A DNA stretch of 30,087 nucleotides from an uncultured virus (IMG/VR IMGVR_UViG_3300050821_001073) (lineage: Duplodnaviria > Heunggongvirae > Uroviricota > Caudoviricetes), in the IMG/VR virus record IMGVR_UViG_3300050821_001073. One strand, written 5' to 3'. Numbering within the stretch: the first letter of the stretch is position 1; every line of letters starts with the position of its first letter. Below are positions 7,063-16,755 of this stretch, in pieces. The position numbers and the translations under genes were made by a program. Under the pieces are notes generated by a model, which saw only the letters and a program-made list of their open reading frames with translations, was not told where the DNA came from and ran no database searches.

Positions 7063-7689
7063 ATGCAAGTACAACCTAAGATTAAGGGAACGCATACCAG
7101 TGAAGAGTCTCCATGGCAATCTTATGCTCGTGAGATGGACCTGAAAATGAACCCGAGACTGGCTAAAGAAGTGGAAATCTACAGCCAGAAGCACCATACC
7201 AAGTCTTCGCAGCAGAATGAAGAAGCCTTGGCAGAACAGCTCGAAATGAGTCAGGCGATGTCGAAGCAGTATCAGTTCATCGACCCCAAAGAATATGCGG
7301 ATGTGAAGCCACGCGTTGGACGTCCGATGCACAGCGCAGAACTCATCAACCGGCTTCGCCAGATAGGCATACAGTGCTGGTACAGACAGCACCCGCACGC
7401 GGACAAACTCGTGTTGGTCGTGCAGCGCAAACTGATCGGTCCTCTGGAAATAGCTGGATGGGTCCAGGCCGGATGGACGACGGAATTCGAGATTTTGAGA
7501 TTTGACAGTCGCGGCCTAGTAGTGAATTCACGCTACAGGGGTTGGCGCACAGTATTGTTGCAGTTGATCCTAAAAGGTGTTCTGACGGAACAAGCCGTAA
7601 GGGAAGAATTCGGTTTGCCAGTCGGACCCGCGAGTAGTCGCTATCTGCGCACTCTATATGATTATCGCAACTTCTACAAAGCAGTTTAA
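7063..7689 (+). CDS. Hypothetical phage protein
   Basis: GAGGAG RBS before ATG 7063 (preferred over track start 7030); 208 aa; no recognised family. Confidence 0.75.
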   Translation: MQVQPKIKGTHTSEESPWQSYAREMDLKMNPRLAKEVEIYSQKHHTKSSQQNEEALAEQLEMSQAMSKQYQFIDPKEYADVKPRVGRPMHSAELINRLRQIGIQCWYRQHPHADKLVLVVQRKLIGPLEIAGWVQAGWTTEFEILRFDSRGLVVNSRYRGWRTVLLQLILKGVLTEQAVREEFGLPVGPASSRYLRTLYDYRNFYKAV

Positions 7690-7699
7690 GAGGAGAATT

Positions 7700-8338
7700 A
7701 TGGAAGATACCAAAAAGAAATCAGTAGTGGAACCCGAAGTTAAGGAAGTCAAGCTCTCCGCTGTGGAAGCGGCTGATCTCGAAATCAAGCAGCTAGAACT
7801 CGAAATCAAGAGAGCCGAGTTGGCCGCAAAGGCAGCGGAACTCGAAGATCGTACCCTAGCTATCGCAGAACGCAAGTTCAATGCAGAGAACATGCAGCAG
7901 CTCCGTGACGAACGGTCTATGAAGATTCAAGACAAGACTCAGAAGTCGAAGCAGAACGGCCAGACATTGCGTGCTACCCTTCAGGGTGAGACTGCGCACC
8001 AGATGAATTGCACCCACCGTAAAGGTGGAAATGGTATTCAGGGCTTCATGCAGGGCAAAGGCCAGAAAGACGATCATTGTCTTATGAGGCACATGCTTCC
8101 TAATGGAGATACTTGGCAACGTTGTTTGCGTTGCGCAAAGACCTGGAAGCCGCCAGTGCGTGTGGACTTCACTGTCAATGGAACGTTTGATGAAGCTGGC
8201 TACAAGTTGGCCGGGGACGTTTATAAAGCCGCACTTCAACTTTCGACCAATTCAATCACGAGTGGTGGAACTCAGTGGCGCTTCAGCGATGATGGAGAAC
8301 ATTTTCGCACAGTGACCCGCAGTTCGACGCTCCGTTAA
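7700..8338 (+). CDS. Hypothetical protein: N-terminal coiled coil plus Cys/His putative zinc-binding domain
   Basis: GAGGAG RBS before ATG 7700; LEIKQLELEIKRAEL coiled coil; CTHRKGG...HCLMRH...CLRCAKTW. Confidence 0.75.
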   Translation: MEDTKKKSVVEPEVKEVKLSAVEAADLEIKQLELEIKRAELAAKAAELEDRTLAIAERKFNAENMQQLRDERSMKIQDKTQKSKQNGQTLRATLQGETAHQMNCTHRKGGNGIQGFMQGKGQKDDHCLMRHMLPNGDTWQRCLRCAKTWKPPVRVDFTVNGTFDEAGYKLAGDVYKAALQLSTNSITSGGTQWRFSDDGEHFRTVTRSSTLR

Positions 8339-8344
8339 ACACTA

Positions 8345-8366
8345 AGGGGACCTTTCGGGGTCCCCT
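8345..8366 (+). terminator. GC-rich intergenic hairpin (weak terminator or stability element)
   Basis: AGGGGACC-tttcgg-GGTCCCCT; U-tract is poor (CACTATTT). Confidence 0.45.
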
Positions 8367-8396
8367 CACTATTTGCGTTTAGATCAAGGAGCCACT

Positions 8397-9509
8397 TTGG
8401 CTAATAGCACGATTACGATTTCTCAAATTGCGGATTCAGCCTCAACTTTCGGTGATCTTGCTCCAGTTCTGGCTTCCGGTGGGTTCTCCGATCAACCGGC
8501 CTTGGATATTGCGAACACAGTTGTTACAAAAATGTTGGCAGGCTCTGCCGATGGTGCACCTTTCAACTGGAAGTTCAACCGCTTCAATACACCCAGTTTC
8601 GTGACGATAAGCTTTCAGCAAGATTACTTCATTCCCGGCCTATTAAATCTTGGTTGGCTTGAGAACTGTTGGGCAGTGAATATTAACCAACAGACCAATC
8701 TTAAGGCAAAGTATGAAGTAGAGTGTGTCCGTGACCTGGATGTTACCTTCTTACAGACCGGGTATCCTGGCAAATTATGCTGGCTTCCGAATTCTATGCT
8801 ACTTGCTGGAACTTGGGGAGCAACCCCACTTGGACCGACCACAGGCAATCTTGGTGGTGACCAAGGTGGAATTGGTAAGAATCTTTCAGGATTACAGAAT
8901 CCTGGACCCAATGTTATTTATACGAACCCAATCGGACTTCTGACGCAACCTGCTAATGCTACGACAGGAATTAAAGATCCTAATGGCAATCTTTGGGTTG
9001 TAACGACATTCGGCACTTGCGGCGCTACACAACCAGTTTGGACGAATCCTCCGAGCTTCCCGACCTATGCCAGTCCGAATACAGTGGCGAGCACAGTCAC
9101 CGATGGAACGACAGTTTGGACCGCAATTGATCCGAGCAGCCAAGGCTTCCGTGTGAATCCTTTGCCTCCGCAGACGGGAACGGCTTGGGTATTTCAGCCA
9201 ATAGGGCAGCAACGTATTCCGGTATTTACATCATTACAGCAGACGCTAGAGCCGATTCCAGATGACTATGTTGAGTACTTCAAACAAGGCTTCTATACGC
9301 AATGTGTGCGTCGTTCCGCAGACTCTAAGGTTCGTGCAAGATTCACTGCCGAAAATGCTCTGTGGATGAAAGATCTATCCGATTGCGTTAAGCAGTCTGA
9401 CCGCGAGAAGGAAGACTATGGGTTCTATCCAGGAACCTCAGTAATGGACTCCAACTGGATCTCTGGATTGATATCGCGTCCCGACAGACCTTGGGGTTGG
9501 GGTAACTAA
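8397..9509 (+). CDS. Putative head-tail adaptor / tail tubular A-like protein, long paralog
   Basis: AAGGAG plus TTG at 8397; motifs PFNWKFNR, QQDY, PLP, PIPDDY shared with ORF 9520; position before the nozzle-like gene. Confidence 0.55.
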   Translation: MANSTITISQIADSASTFGDLAPVLASGGFSDQPALDIANTVVTKMLAGSADGAPFNWKFNRFNTPSFVTISFQQDYFIPGLLNLGWLENCWAVNINQQTNLKAKYEVECVRDLDVTFLQTGYPGKLCWLPNSMLLAGTWGATPLGPTTGNLGGDQGGIGKNLSGLQNPGPNVIYTNPIGLLTQPANATTGIKDPNGNLWVVTTFGTCGATQPVWTNPPSFPTYASPNTVASTVTDGTTVWTAIDPSSQGFRVNPLPPQTGTAWVFQPIGQQRIPVFTSLQQTLEPIPDDYVEYFKQGFYTQCVRRSADSKVRARFTAENALWMKDLSDCVKQSDREKEDYGFYPGTSVMDSNWISGLISRPDRPWGWGN

Positions 9510-9519
9510 AGGATACTAA

Positions 9520-10236
9520 ATGGCTAATGTTTCAACTGTGACACTCGCTCAAATCTTAGAATTCTCTAGCAAGTTGAATTTTGGCAGAGTATCCAACCTT
9601 GGTAACTTTCAAGAACCAGCGATGACAGCGGCCAATATGGTGATGCAGACTCTCCTTGGACCACCTTTTAGGTGGCGTTGGAATAGGCAAGTTAAGACTT
9701 TTTCGACAATTATAGCCACACAAGACTATGCTCAGGCAGTGGCTAATTTTGGATGGATTGAGGATGCTAGTGTATTTGATCCTACCATAGCTAAATGGAT
9801 TGAGATGGAAGAGAAGGTGGGGTTAGCTCTAGACTCTACCGCAGGGCGTCCCCGTAACATCTCTGCTGAGTTTGATAACGGTACGGGTAATATAACATTC
9901 CGGTTCATGCCTATTCCTGAGAAGATTTACTCGGTTAGTGTTACCATACAAAGTGCTGCACCATTGTTTACGAGCACTGCGCAGACACTTACACCCTTGC
10001 CCGATATGTATAGTCATATTTTCCAGTGGGGATTTCTTACTCTTATGTGGTTCTTCGCTGATGACCCACGCGCAGCGCAGGCCAATGGTAAGTTCGTTAG
10101 TGCACTTTTAGCCGCTAACCAGGGCTTGACGGAAGTTGAGCGTAACGTTTTCCTTTCGCAATGGTCTGCTATTTCAGGACAACCGATGATGATGTCACAG
10201 AACATACAGCAAGGCACAGCCGCTCGCGGCCAATAA
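9520..10236 (+). CDS. Putative head-tail adaptor / tail tubular A-like protein, short paralog
   Basis: PFRWRWNR...TQDY...GRP...FRFMPIPEKIYSV...PLPDMY, an adaptor-like pattern. Confidence 0.6.
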   Translation: MANVSTVTLAQILEFSSKLNFGRVSNLGNFQEPAMTAANMVMQTLLGPPFRWRWNRQVKTFSTIIATQDYAQAVANFGWIEDASVFDPTIAKWIEMEEKVGLALDSTAGRPRNISAEFDNGTGNITFRFMPIPEKIYSVSVTIQSAAPLFTSTAQTLTPLPDMYSHIFQWGFLTLMWFFADDPRAAQANGKFVSALLAANQGLTEVERNVFLSQWSAISGQPMMMSQNIQQGTAARGQ

Positions 10237-10245
10237 GGAGATCCC

Positions 10246-11409
10246 ATGGCATTAACTAAGACCCAACTCATCGGTGGTGGCTTCCAAGATCTGGAAGGAA
10301 ACCCGCTGGCCCTTGGATTTCTTACCATGGAACTTTCACAAGATGAAGTGGCTACAGGAGTCGGTCAGGTAGGTTTTGGCATTAAGATACGGGTTCCCTT
10401 GGATGGTAGTGGGAACGTATCAGGTACGGTATTGGTTTGGGGTAATGATGACCTTACTCCGGTGAACAGTTACTACACAGTAAATGCATTCACGGCTAAA
10501 GGTCAATTAGCATGGGGACCACAGTACCAAGTAGTGGTGTCCGGTGCAACTTTCGATCTAGGAACATGGATTCCTAACAGTCTTAGTATTGTGAATTCAG
10601 GTGGTGGATCAGGTGTTACTAGTTTAAACACGGAAACTGGCGCTATTAACATTATCGCAGGAACTAACGTAACAGTGGCATCGGCAGGACAAAATATTAC
10701 GATTTCATCTGGGACTGTGGCACCTCTCATCGTAGAGACGAATGGCGTTGCAAACTCCTCGCAGTTGACTCTAAATTTGGTTGCTGGTGCGAATGTCACC
10801 CTAACTAATACCTCAGGTGGAAATGTTACGATTGCATCACCTACTTCTTCAACCATTCCAGCAGGAAGAAATGTCACTCTAGGATGGAGAATTATTAATC
10901 TTGGGAATATTGCAACTTCTGGATTCCAAAATATTACTATATTCAATAAAATTTATGGACGGAACCTTATCAATAATCCGGTAGCTAATAATTGGAAAAT
11001 GAGAATGGCCATTGCAGATAACCATAATAGTTTTCCTCTAGTATTAGGGAATATGGTGCTTTTGACCACTTTAGCAAATTCTCTGGCGGTAATCTCATCA
11101 ACCCCAATAACTATTGGAGGATTGGGAGCCCAGACATTGGCACTAAACTCTGGAGAAACCCCCACATTCATTGAATCTGATCCTATAAATTTAGCATTAG
11201 ATACACTTCATGACTACACGGCAGCTTTCTATATAGCAAATGTTGCTGGAAATTCAAATTTGCTATTTGCCCAAGCTTCAGCAGGGGCAAATGCAGGGTT
11301 TGGGATGATAGGGCTAACCACTTCGGGCGATCAAACAGCGATTTCAACACTTCCGGCTGATAATACGTTTACGGATTTAGAATGGCTCTACCAAGTAGTC
11401 ACAGTTTAG
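10246..11409 (+). CDS. Tail fibre/spike protein
   Basis: N-terminal attachment-like domain (FQDLEGNPLALG...LDGSG...NDDLTPVNSYY), GVTSLN and AGTNVT fibre repeats, AT-rich C-terminal domain. Confidence 0.65.
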   Translation: MALTKTQLIGGGFQDLEGNPLALGFLTMELSQDEVATGVGQVGFGIKIRVPLDGSGNVSGTVLVWGNDDLTPVNSYYTVNAFTAKGQLAWGPQYQVVVSGATFDLGTWIPNSLSIVNSGGGSGVTSLNTETGAINIIAGTNVTVASAGQNITISSGTVAPLIVETNGVANSSQLTLNLVAGANVTLTNTSGGNVTIASPTSSTIPAGRNVTLGWRIINLGNIATSGFQNITIFNKIYGRNLINNPVANNWKMRMAIADNHNSFPLVLGNMVLLTTLANSLAVISSTPITIGGLGAQTLALNSGETPTFIESDPINLALDTLHDYTAAFYIANVAGNSNLLFAQASAGANAGFGMIGLTTSGDQTAISTLPADNTFTDLEWLYQVVTV

Positions 11410-11422
11410 TTTAGGAGCTACC

Positions 11423-14400
11423 TTGCCAAATCAATTGTCAATTTCAGGGGCTCAGGCTCAAAAACCCACTAGATTCGCACCTATCTATACGGGTCGCTGG
11501 TCATCGGGCTTATGGACCAACCGCAGTCCATTGCGCGATGCGGCGACTTCTCGTCAGGCAGAGAAATATTATGGTGCTTCAGGTGATGCGCTTATTGCAG
11601 GCTCTAATGTTGAGATTACGAATCGATTGACTCTTGCTCGTAGGCCAGGAAATTCAGTATTTGATAGTAATACCTATGCCAATGTAGACCGTTTTGAAGA
11701 ATTTCGACTATTCAATACCTCTACTGAGCAGATCGATGTGATGGTTGATCAGAGTAATGCACTATACTCGCTATTTGCCGGTGTGAAGACGCTCGTTTGG
11801 ACCAAGACTCCAGGTGCAGGTCAGACGTATATGCAGTCTGTAGGCAACACTTTGTATTTTGGCAATGGTCTTGATAATAAGAAGTGGTTACAGTCTCTTA
11901 CACTTTGGATGGCGTTTGCCAAGTGGAACACACCTATTACTCCGTTTTTGACTACCTTCCTTATTGACCCTAATACTAACATCCAGCAGTTGACAGCAGC
12001 GATATTTCCTATTACGAATATCTCAGGAGTTGGTGGCACAATCACGGCAACTTCTAGTACCACCCTTACCGGGTTGTTGACCCCAGGACTTACTGTCACA
12101 TTTCCTAGCACCATAGTTACTTCCCAATTATCGGGCCAAACCGTTACAATTCTTACAGTTACCACAAATACCTTTACATTTACCTTCAATATTCCTGGTA
12201 CATTTTCTAATCCAGAGACAATAAATGCAACCGCTACAGGTGGTACGCCAACTTCTGGTGCTACGCAACCTACTTGGAGCACAGTTACGCCGAATGCAGG
12301 CAATAACTTCCAAGGCGGCTTGACGATTGATGGAACGGTACTATGGACTAATCGTGGAACACCTGATGCAACACATCCTGGACTCCCTTCTGTGGAGAAT
12401 TGGGGAATAGTTGCACCACCGAATACACCTATAGTTTCAACGGGTGCAGCAGGCGCTTGGGTTCCCAACACGTTCTTTTCTCCTTTGGGAATTATCATAG
12501 ATATCAACGGTAATGTTCAAAAGGTTACTACTGCTGGCAAATCTGGGCCAGCGCAACCAACTTGGGCAACGATATTAGGCAACACCACAACCGATGGCGG
12601 GGTAACTTGGACAGTCGCTCAAGTAGATTCATTAACTTGGGCAGCACACACAGTTTACCCGGCAGGTCAGATCATTGAAGCTGGTGGAGATATCTTCCAG
12701 TTAGCGCCTTTCTCACAGATCACATTGAATGCCCCAGTTGCGGCAACTCAATGGCCAAGTGGTGGAGGTCCCGCAGGCGGTCAATTTCAACAGACGAGCA
12801 GTTCATCTCCATTCGCTATTAGGGCAACGGCTTCGGGAACTTCACTTAGCGTGGATGACCCGATTCAAGCAGATAGTCCAGCAAGTGCGATATTATGGAA
12901 TACTTTTGATGCATCTGGTGCGGTCACTGGAACTACATCACCATTTCCAGGTCCGAACTCAAGTGGCATTACCAAAGATTTCCAGATAGCCTTCACGACT
13001 AATTGGAATGTTCCAGTAGCTGGACAGTACACGATTACTGTTAAGCATCATGACGGCATGGTCTGGGGTGTTAATGGTGGTGCGACACTGGTGTCTGGTC
13101 CTCATAATGATCCTAACCATCTTACACATACAGCCTTGAACTCCTATCCGATTATGGGCGGAACGAACCTCCCATTGAATGATGGCGGGCTCTCCACAGA
13201 TGTCTTTGTGGTGAACTTTCCGACAGCGGGTTCCTATGCAGTCGAGTTCGATTGGGCTTATTGGTTCCACCAGGGCAGAACCTTTGTGGTGACGGCGAAT
13301 GGAAATACATTAATCACAGGTCCGGCTGAGAGTGGTGCAACTTCGCCAGCATTCCCTGCATATACTACTTCTCTTGCTCCTGCAAGAGCTAATGTGACTG
13401 AATCGGCAGGAAACTTTGTTTGGAATAACTTTGGACCCATTACAGATATGCAATGGCGTGCAAATACGGGCTTCACACTGCCAAATTCAACGATCTTAGA
13501 TCCTAATGGAAATACGGAAGCACCTTTTGAGGCAGGATTCACAGGAACGACTAGACCTACATTTTCAACTACACTTAATAGCCTTACACTTGATAATCCT
13601 AATCTAATTTGGATCAATCAAGGTCCAGGGGCTGCACCACCACCGGGCACGATTAGTGCACTAGCTGGCGGGTTTCAATATGCTATTGCTCTAGTCAATA
13701 CATTGGATAACACCGTCTCTAATGCTAGTCCCTTATCAGTTTCTACTGGGAACTTTGTAGGATCAACAGGTGTGGTAATTCCTCCAGGAAGTGGACTTAT
13801 TCCTGCGAATATTGACCCACAAGCCGATTATGTTGCCATATTCCGTACTGTGGATGGCGGCTCATTACCCTTCCTAATACCTGGGACGGGCAATTCGATT
13901 TATACTGAAACATTACACGATTATTTGACGAAGGGATTCACAGATACGACCCCTGATACTGGTTTGAATAACTTGATTTCAGCACCTATCGCTGGAGAGA
14001 ACACTCCACCAGCAGGTGGTGCAATCAATCTGACCTATCACTTGGGTCGGATCTTCTTCAGCGTTGGAAACGTAGGTTATTGGACAAGTGGTCCGGATAC
14101 GCCAGCAGGCAATGGTGTGAATGGTGTTGCACCTCTAAACTTTGATACATTTCCTAGTTTGCTTAAGAGGATAGTACCAACGAACCAGGGAGTCATTGTA
14201 TTCTCTGTGTCGGACATCTTTCTGGTGAATACATCGAATGGCGTGACCATCCCTAAGGCAGTAATCTTGCTGAAGGGTATTGGACTACTAAGCTACAATG
14301 CTTTGGATGTCAACGGCGCTTTGATTGGGTTCTATACGACAGACAATCAGTTCGTGATCCTCGATCCCGGAGCTGGTGTTTCTTACGTCGGCTTACCAAT

Positions 14401-15706
14401 TGGTGACCAATTCCGCAAAAATGACGGAAATCCTGGCACGAGTTGGAATGCTGCAAACGTATACGTTACGTGGCATGTTGATGGTGAAGATCAGGCTTGG
14501 TACGTCTCAGACGGTAAGTTTGGTTGGTTTCGGCTAATGCCGACTCCAGCACCTGAAACTGGACTGACTTGGTCACCTTTTGCCACCATCGTCGGCGGCG
14601 TTAAGGCTGTTCAGAGTCTTGAAGTCCTCCCTGGAGTGCATAAGTTGCTCCTTGGTCCTGGCACACTTTCGAGCGGTGCAGGCTCAAACTTCATTACTTT
14701 CGGAGTTCTTACCAATGTTGCTGTAATGGCCGGAACAACGATCACAAGTGTACCATTGACAACTATCAATGGCGATTTAGTCCTATCTCCAGGCTCCTCC
14801 GTAACAGGTGGACCAGTGGTGAATGGTGCTACACATATAGATGACCCTATAGCGGTAGCGGATCAAGCGTATGCTACTACACTTTTCGGTCAATTGTCTG
14901 CCCTAACTCCCACACCAATTGTGTCAGAGTTAGGAAGTGTTACCTTGACTCCAGGAACATATTCTGAGTCATCGGGAACCTTCCATATTACGGGCGGCTT
15001 GACGTTGACACTCAATGGCAATGGCAGGTACGTGTTCCAATGTTCAAGTACATTTATCACAGGTGCAGGCTCCACAATTGCCTTAGTGGGCGGTGCGGCA
15101 GCAGCAGATGTGGTCTTTGTGGTGGGCAGCTCTGCCACGATTGGCACTACGAACATACTCAATGCTACAGTTTTGGCACTGACAAGTATTTCAGTCAATA
15201 CCGGAACGACAGTCAATGGACGGCTCTTGGCAAGAAATGGTTCCGTGACCTTCGCAGGCACTGACACAACCTCACTTCCTGTGCAAAGCGGCGTAGGCGT
15301 GCTCCTGAAAAGAGACAGTAACTTCTTCCAGGACAACACCAGTAGTTACTTCGCCAATGCAGTACTTGGAAGCATAAACCTTGCCCAACCGGGTCAGGTA
15401 GCTGTCGTAGGGTTTGTAACGACTGATTCAGTAAGAACGGGAACGCCATTAAGCATTTCCGTGATTATTGATGAAGCCTTGCCATTCTTTAATGGTCCTT
15501 TTGAACCATTGACGAACTGGGTCACTGATCCACCGAATCAGCCGGAAAGCCGGTCGATACGTGGGCAGCGGTTCTATTTCTCTGAACTTCCAGACCAAGC
15601 GGCGGTATGCCGTCATTTACAGTGTTCCATTAACTTCGGAATAAGTAGAGTTCAGGACGAAATTCTGACATTTTCGATTTACGGCTCCTTTATGCAGGAA
15701 AGTTAA
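11423..15706 (+). CDS. Tail nozzle / tubular B-like protein with inserted Trp-rich repeats, PA14-like and DUF3494 domains
   Basis: AGGAG plus TTG start; N-terminal GL...NV...LARRPG and β-propeller-like segments typical of podoviral nozzle/head-closure proteins; PA14-like ~12750-13320; DUF3494 ~14690-15270. Confidence 0.7.
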   Translation: MPNQLSISGAQAQKPTRFAPIYTGRWSSGLWTNRSPLRDAATSRQAEKYYGASGDALIAGSNVEITNRLTLARRPGNSVFDSNTYANVDRFEEFRLFNTSTEQIDVMVDQSNALYSLFAGVKTLVWTKTPGAGQTYMQSVGNTLYFGNGLDNKKWLQSLTLWMAFAKWNTPITPFLTTFLIDPNTNIQQLTAAIFPITNISGVGGTITATSSTTLTGLLTPGLTVTFPSTIVTSQLSGQTVTILTVTTNTFTFTFNIPGTFSNPETINATATGGTPTSGATQPTWSTVTPNAGNNFQGGLTIDGTVLWTNRGTPDATHPGLPSVENWGIVAPPNTPIVSTGAAGAWVPNTFFSPLGIIIDINGNVQKVTTAGKSGPAQPTWATILGNTTTDGGVTWTVAQVDSLTWAAHTVYPAGQIIEAGGDIFQLAPFSQITLNAPVAATQWPSGGGPAGGQFQQTSSSSPFAIRATASGTSLSVDDPIQADSPASAILWNTFDASGAVTGTTSPFPGPNSSGITKDFQIAFTTNWNVPVAGQYTITVKHHDGMVWGVNGGATLVSGPHNDPNHLTHTALNSYPIMGGTNLPLNDGGLSTDVFVVNFPTAGSYAVEFDWAYWFHQGRTFVVTANGNTLITGPAESGATSPAFPAYTTSLAPARANVTESAGNFVWNNFGPITDMQWRANTGFTLPNSTILDPNGNTEAPFEAGFTGTTRPTFSTTLNSLTLDNPNLIWINQGPGAAPPPGTISALAGGFQYAIALVNTLDNTVSNASPLSVSTGNFVGSTGVVIPPGSGLIPANIDPQADYVAIFRTVDGGSLPFLIPGTGNSIYTETLHDYLTKGFTDTTPDTGLNNLISAPIAGENTPPAGGAINLTYHLGRIFFSVGNVGYWTSGPDTPAGNGVNGVAPLNFDTFPSLLKRIVPTNQGVIVFSVSDIFLVNTSNGVTIPKAVILLKGIGLLSYNALDVNGALIGFYTTDNQFVILDPGAGVSYVGLPIGDQFRKNDGNPGTSWNAANVYVTWHVDGEDQAWYVSDGKFGWFRLMPTPAPETGLTWSPFATIVGGVKAVQSLEVLPGVHKLLLGPGTLSSGAGSNFITFGVLTNVAVMAGTTITSVPLTTINGDLVLSPGSSVTGGPVVNGATHIDDPIAVADQAYATTLFGQLSALTPTPIVSELGSVTLTPGTYSESSGTFHITGGLTLTLNGNGRYVFQCSSTFITGAGSTIALVGGAAAADVVFVVGSSATIGTTNILNATVLALTSISVNTGTTVNGRLLARNGSVTFAGTDTTSLPVQSGVGVLLKRDSNFFQDNTSSYFANAVLGSINLAQPGQVAVVGFVTTDSVRTGTPLSISVIIDEALPFFNGPFEPLTNWVTDPPNQPESRSIRGQRFYFSELPDQAAVCRHLQCSINFGISRVQDEILTFSIYGSFMQES

Positions 15707-15709
15707 TAG

Positions 15710-15722
15710 AATCAATGACTTA
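15710..15722 (+). promoter_or_regulatory. IHF-consensus site (AATCAATGACTTA)
   Basis: Exact match to WATCAANNNNTTR in a short intergenic gap. Confidence 0.35.
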
Positions 15723-15732
15723 AGAGGTGCAG

Positions 15733-16461
15733 ATGGCGAGCCTAAAAGACGCAACAAACACGAGTTTGGCAGGGTACGAAGCAGTCCCTGCCGCTCCCTT
15801 TACCCGGCCTTCCCCTCCTACTGTAGACTTACAACCAGGGTTCAGTCCGCATATGCGGAGTCCATATCCCATCCTTGGGGCCAGTCCTGATGGTTTAAGA
15901 CAATTCTACCAAGGCACAATTCCTCAGAATAGATTATTGCCCATTCTTCCTATACAGGATGCAGGCGTTCTTACTCAAAAAGGTGTAGTAATTACCACTA
16001 TTGGAAGCGGGACAGGCAGTGGGAGCAGCTCTGGTGGCACTGGCGGCGGAACAAGTGGCGGTGGAACTTCTACCGTTACGGCTCAAAGCACTTCCTTGAC
16101 AACTCCTTCACTGGGACCCGGTGCTAGGTTCGTGAGTGCCCTTAATATTTCAAAATCATTTCAACCTCTCCTTATTTCTTCAACTGTGGCTGCTAGGTTA
16201 GAACTTTATGGCACTGCAACAACACAGGCAGGAGATGCGGGCAGAGGACTGGATGTGGCACCACCGGCAGGCACAACTCAGAATATCATAACGGATGTTG
16301 CACTGGATACAGCACCTTTCCAATGGTCCTATCAGGATCAGGTTGGAGCGAACGCAGATAATCCACAGGTTCCTTTAGCTTACCTGACTGTGACGAACCT
16401 TAGTGCGGGTAGTGCAGCAATTACCGTAACACTTCTTTATGTTCCCTTGGAGTCGATCTAA
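15733..16461 (+). CDS. Tail-associated structural protein
   Basis: AGAGGT RBS, ATG 15733; Gly/Ser linker; C-terminal β domain (AARLELYGTATTQAGDAGR...). Confidence 0.6.
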   Translation: MASLKDATNTSLAGYEAVPAAPFTRPSPPTVDLQPGFSPHMRSPYPILGASPDGLRQFYQGTIPQNRLLPILPIQDAGVLTQKGVVITTIGSGTGSGSSSGGTGGGTSGGGTSTVTAQSTSLTTPSLGPGARFVSALNISKSFQPLLISSTVAARLELYGTATTQAGDAGRGLDVAPPAGTTQNIITDVALDTAPFQWSYQDQVGANADNPQVPLAYLTVTNLSAGSAAITVTLLYVPLESI

Positions 16462-16746
16462 ATGAACCGACAGATTTATCCTCAAGTATTGTCGCCATTA
16501 ATGGGTGACGCTATTTCCACTCCTGGAAGCAATCTTGTTACGGTTGTGGGCATACAAACAACCCCTGTAGTTCGGCCTGCTTCCTTCCGGGGAGGCGAAG
16601 TGATAGAGTATAATATAAATACAGGGTTCTATACGCCGATCCTTCGTGCCTGTATTCAAGTTAACAATTTGACGGTCAGTGATGATTACGATATCGCAAT
16701 TAACCAAATCACCGGGCTATTGGTCAACGGTACTGGCACATTCTAA
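16462..16746 (+). CDS. Small tail fibre-associated protein
   Basis: Abuts the upstream stop; LMGDA...TVVGIQTTPV resembles the LTGDV...TVAKIQG fibre motif. Confidence 0.6.
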   Translation: MNRQIYPQVLSPLMGDAISTPGSNLVTVVGIQTTPVVRPASFRGGEVIEYNINTGFYTPILRACIQVNNLTVSDDYDIAINQITGLLVNGTGTF

Positions 16747-16755
16747 GGAGCTAAA

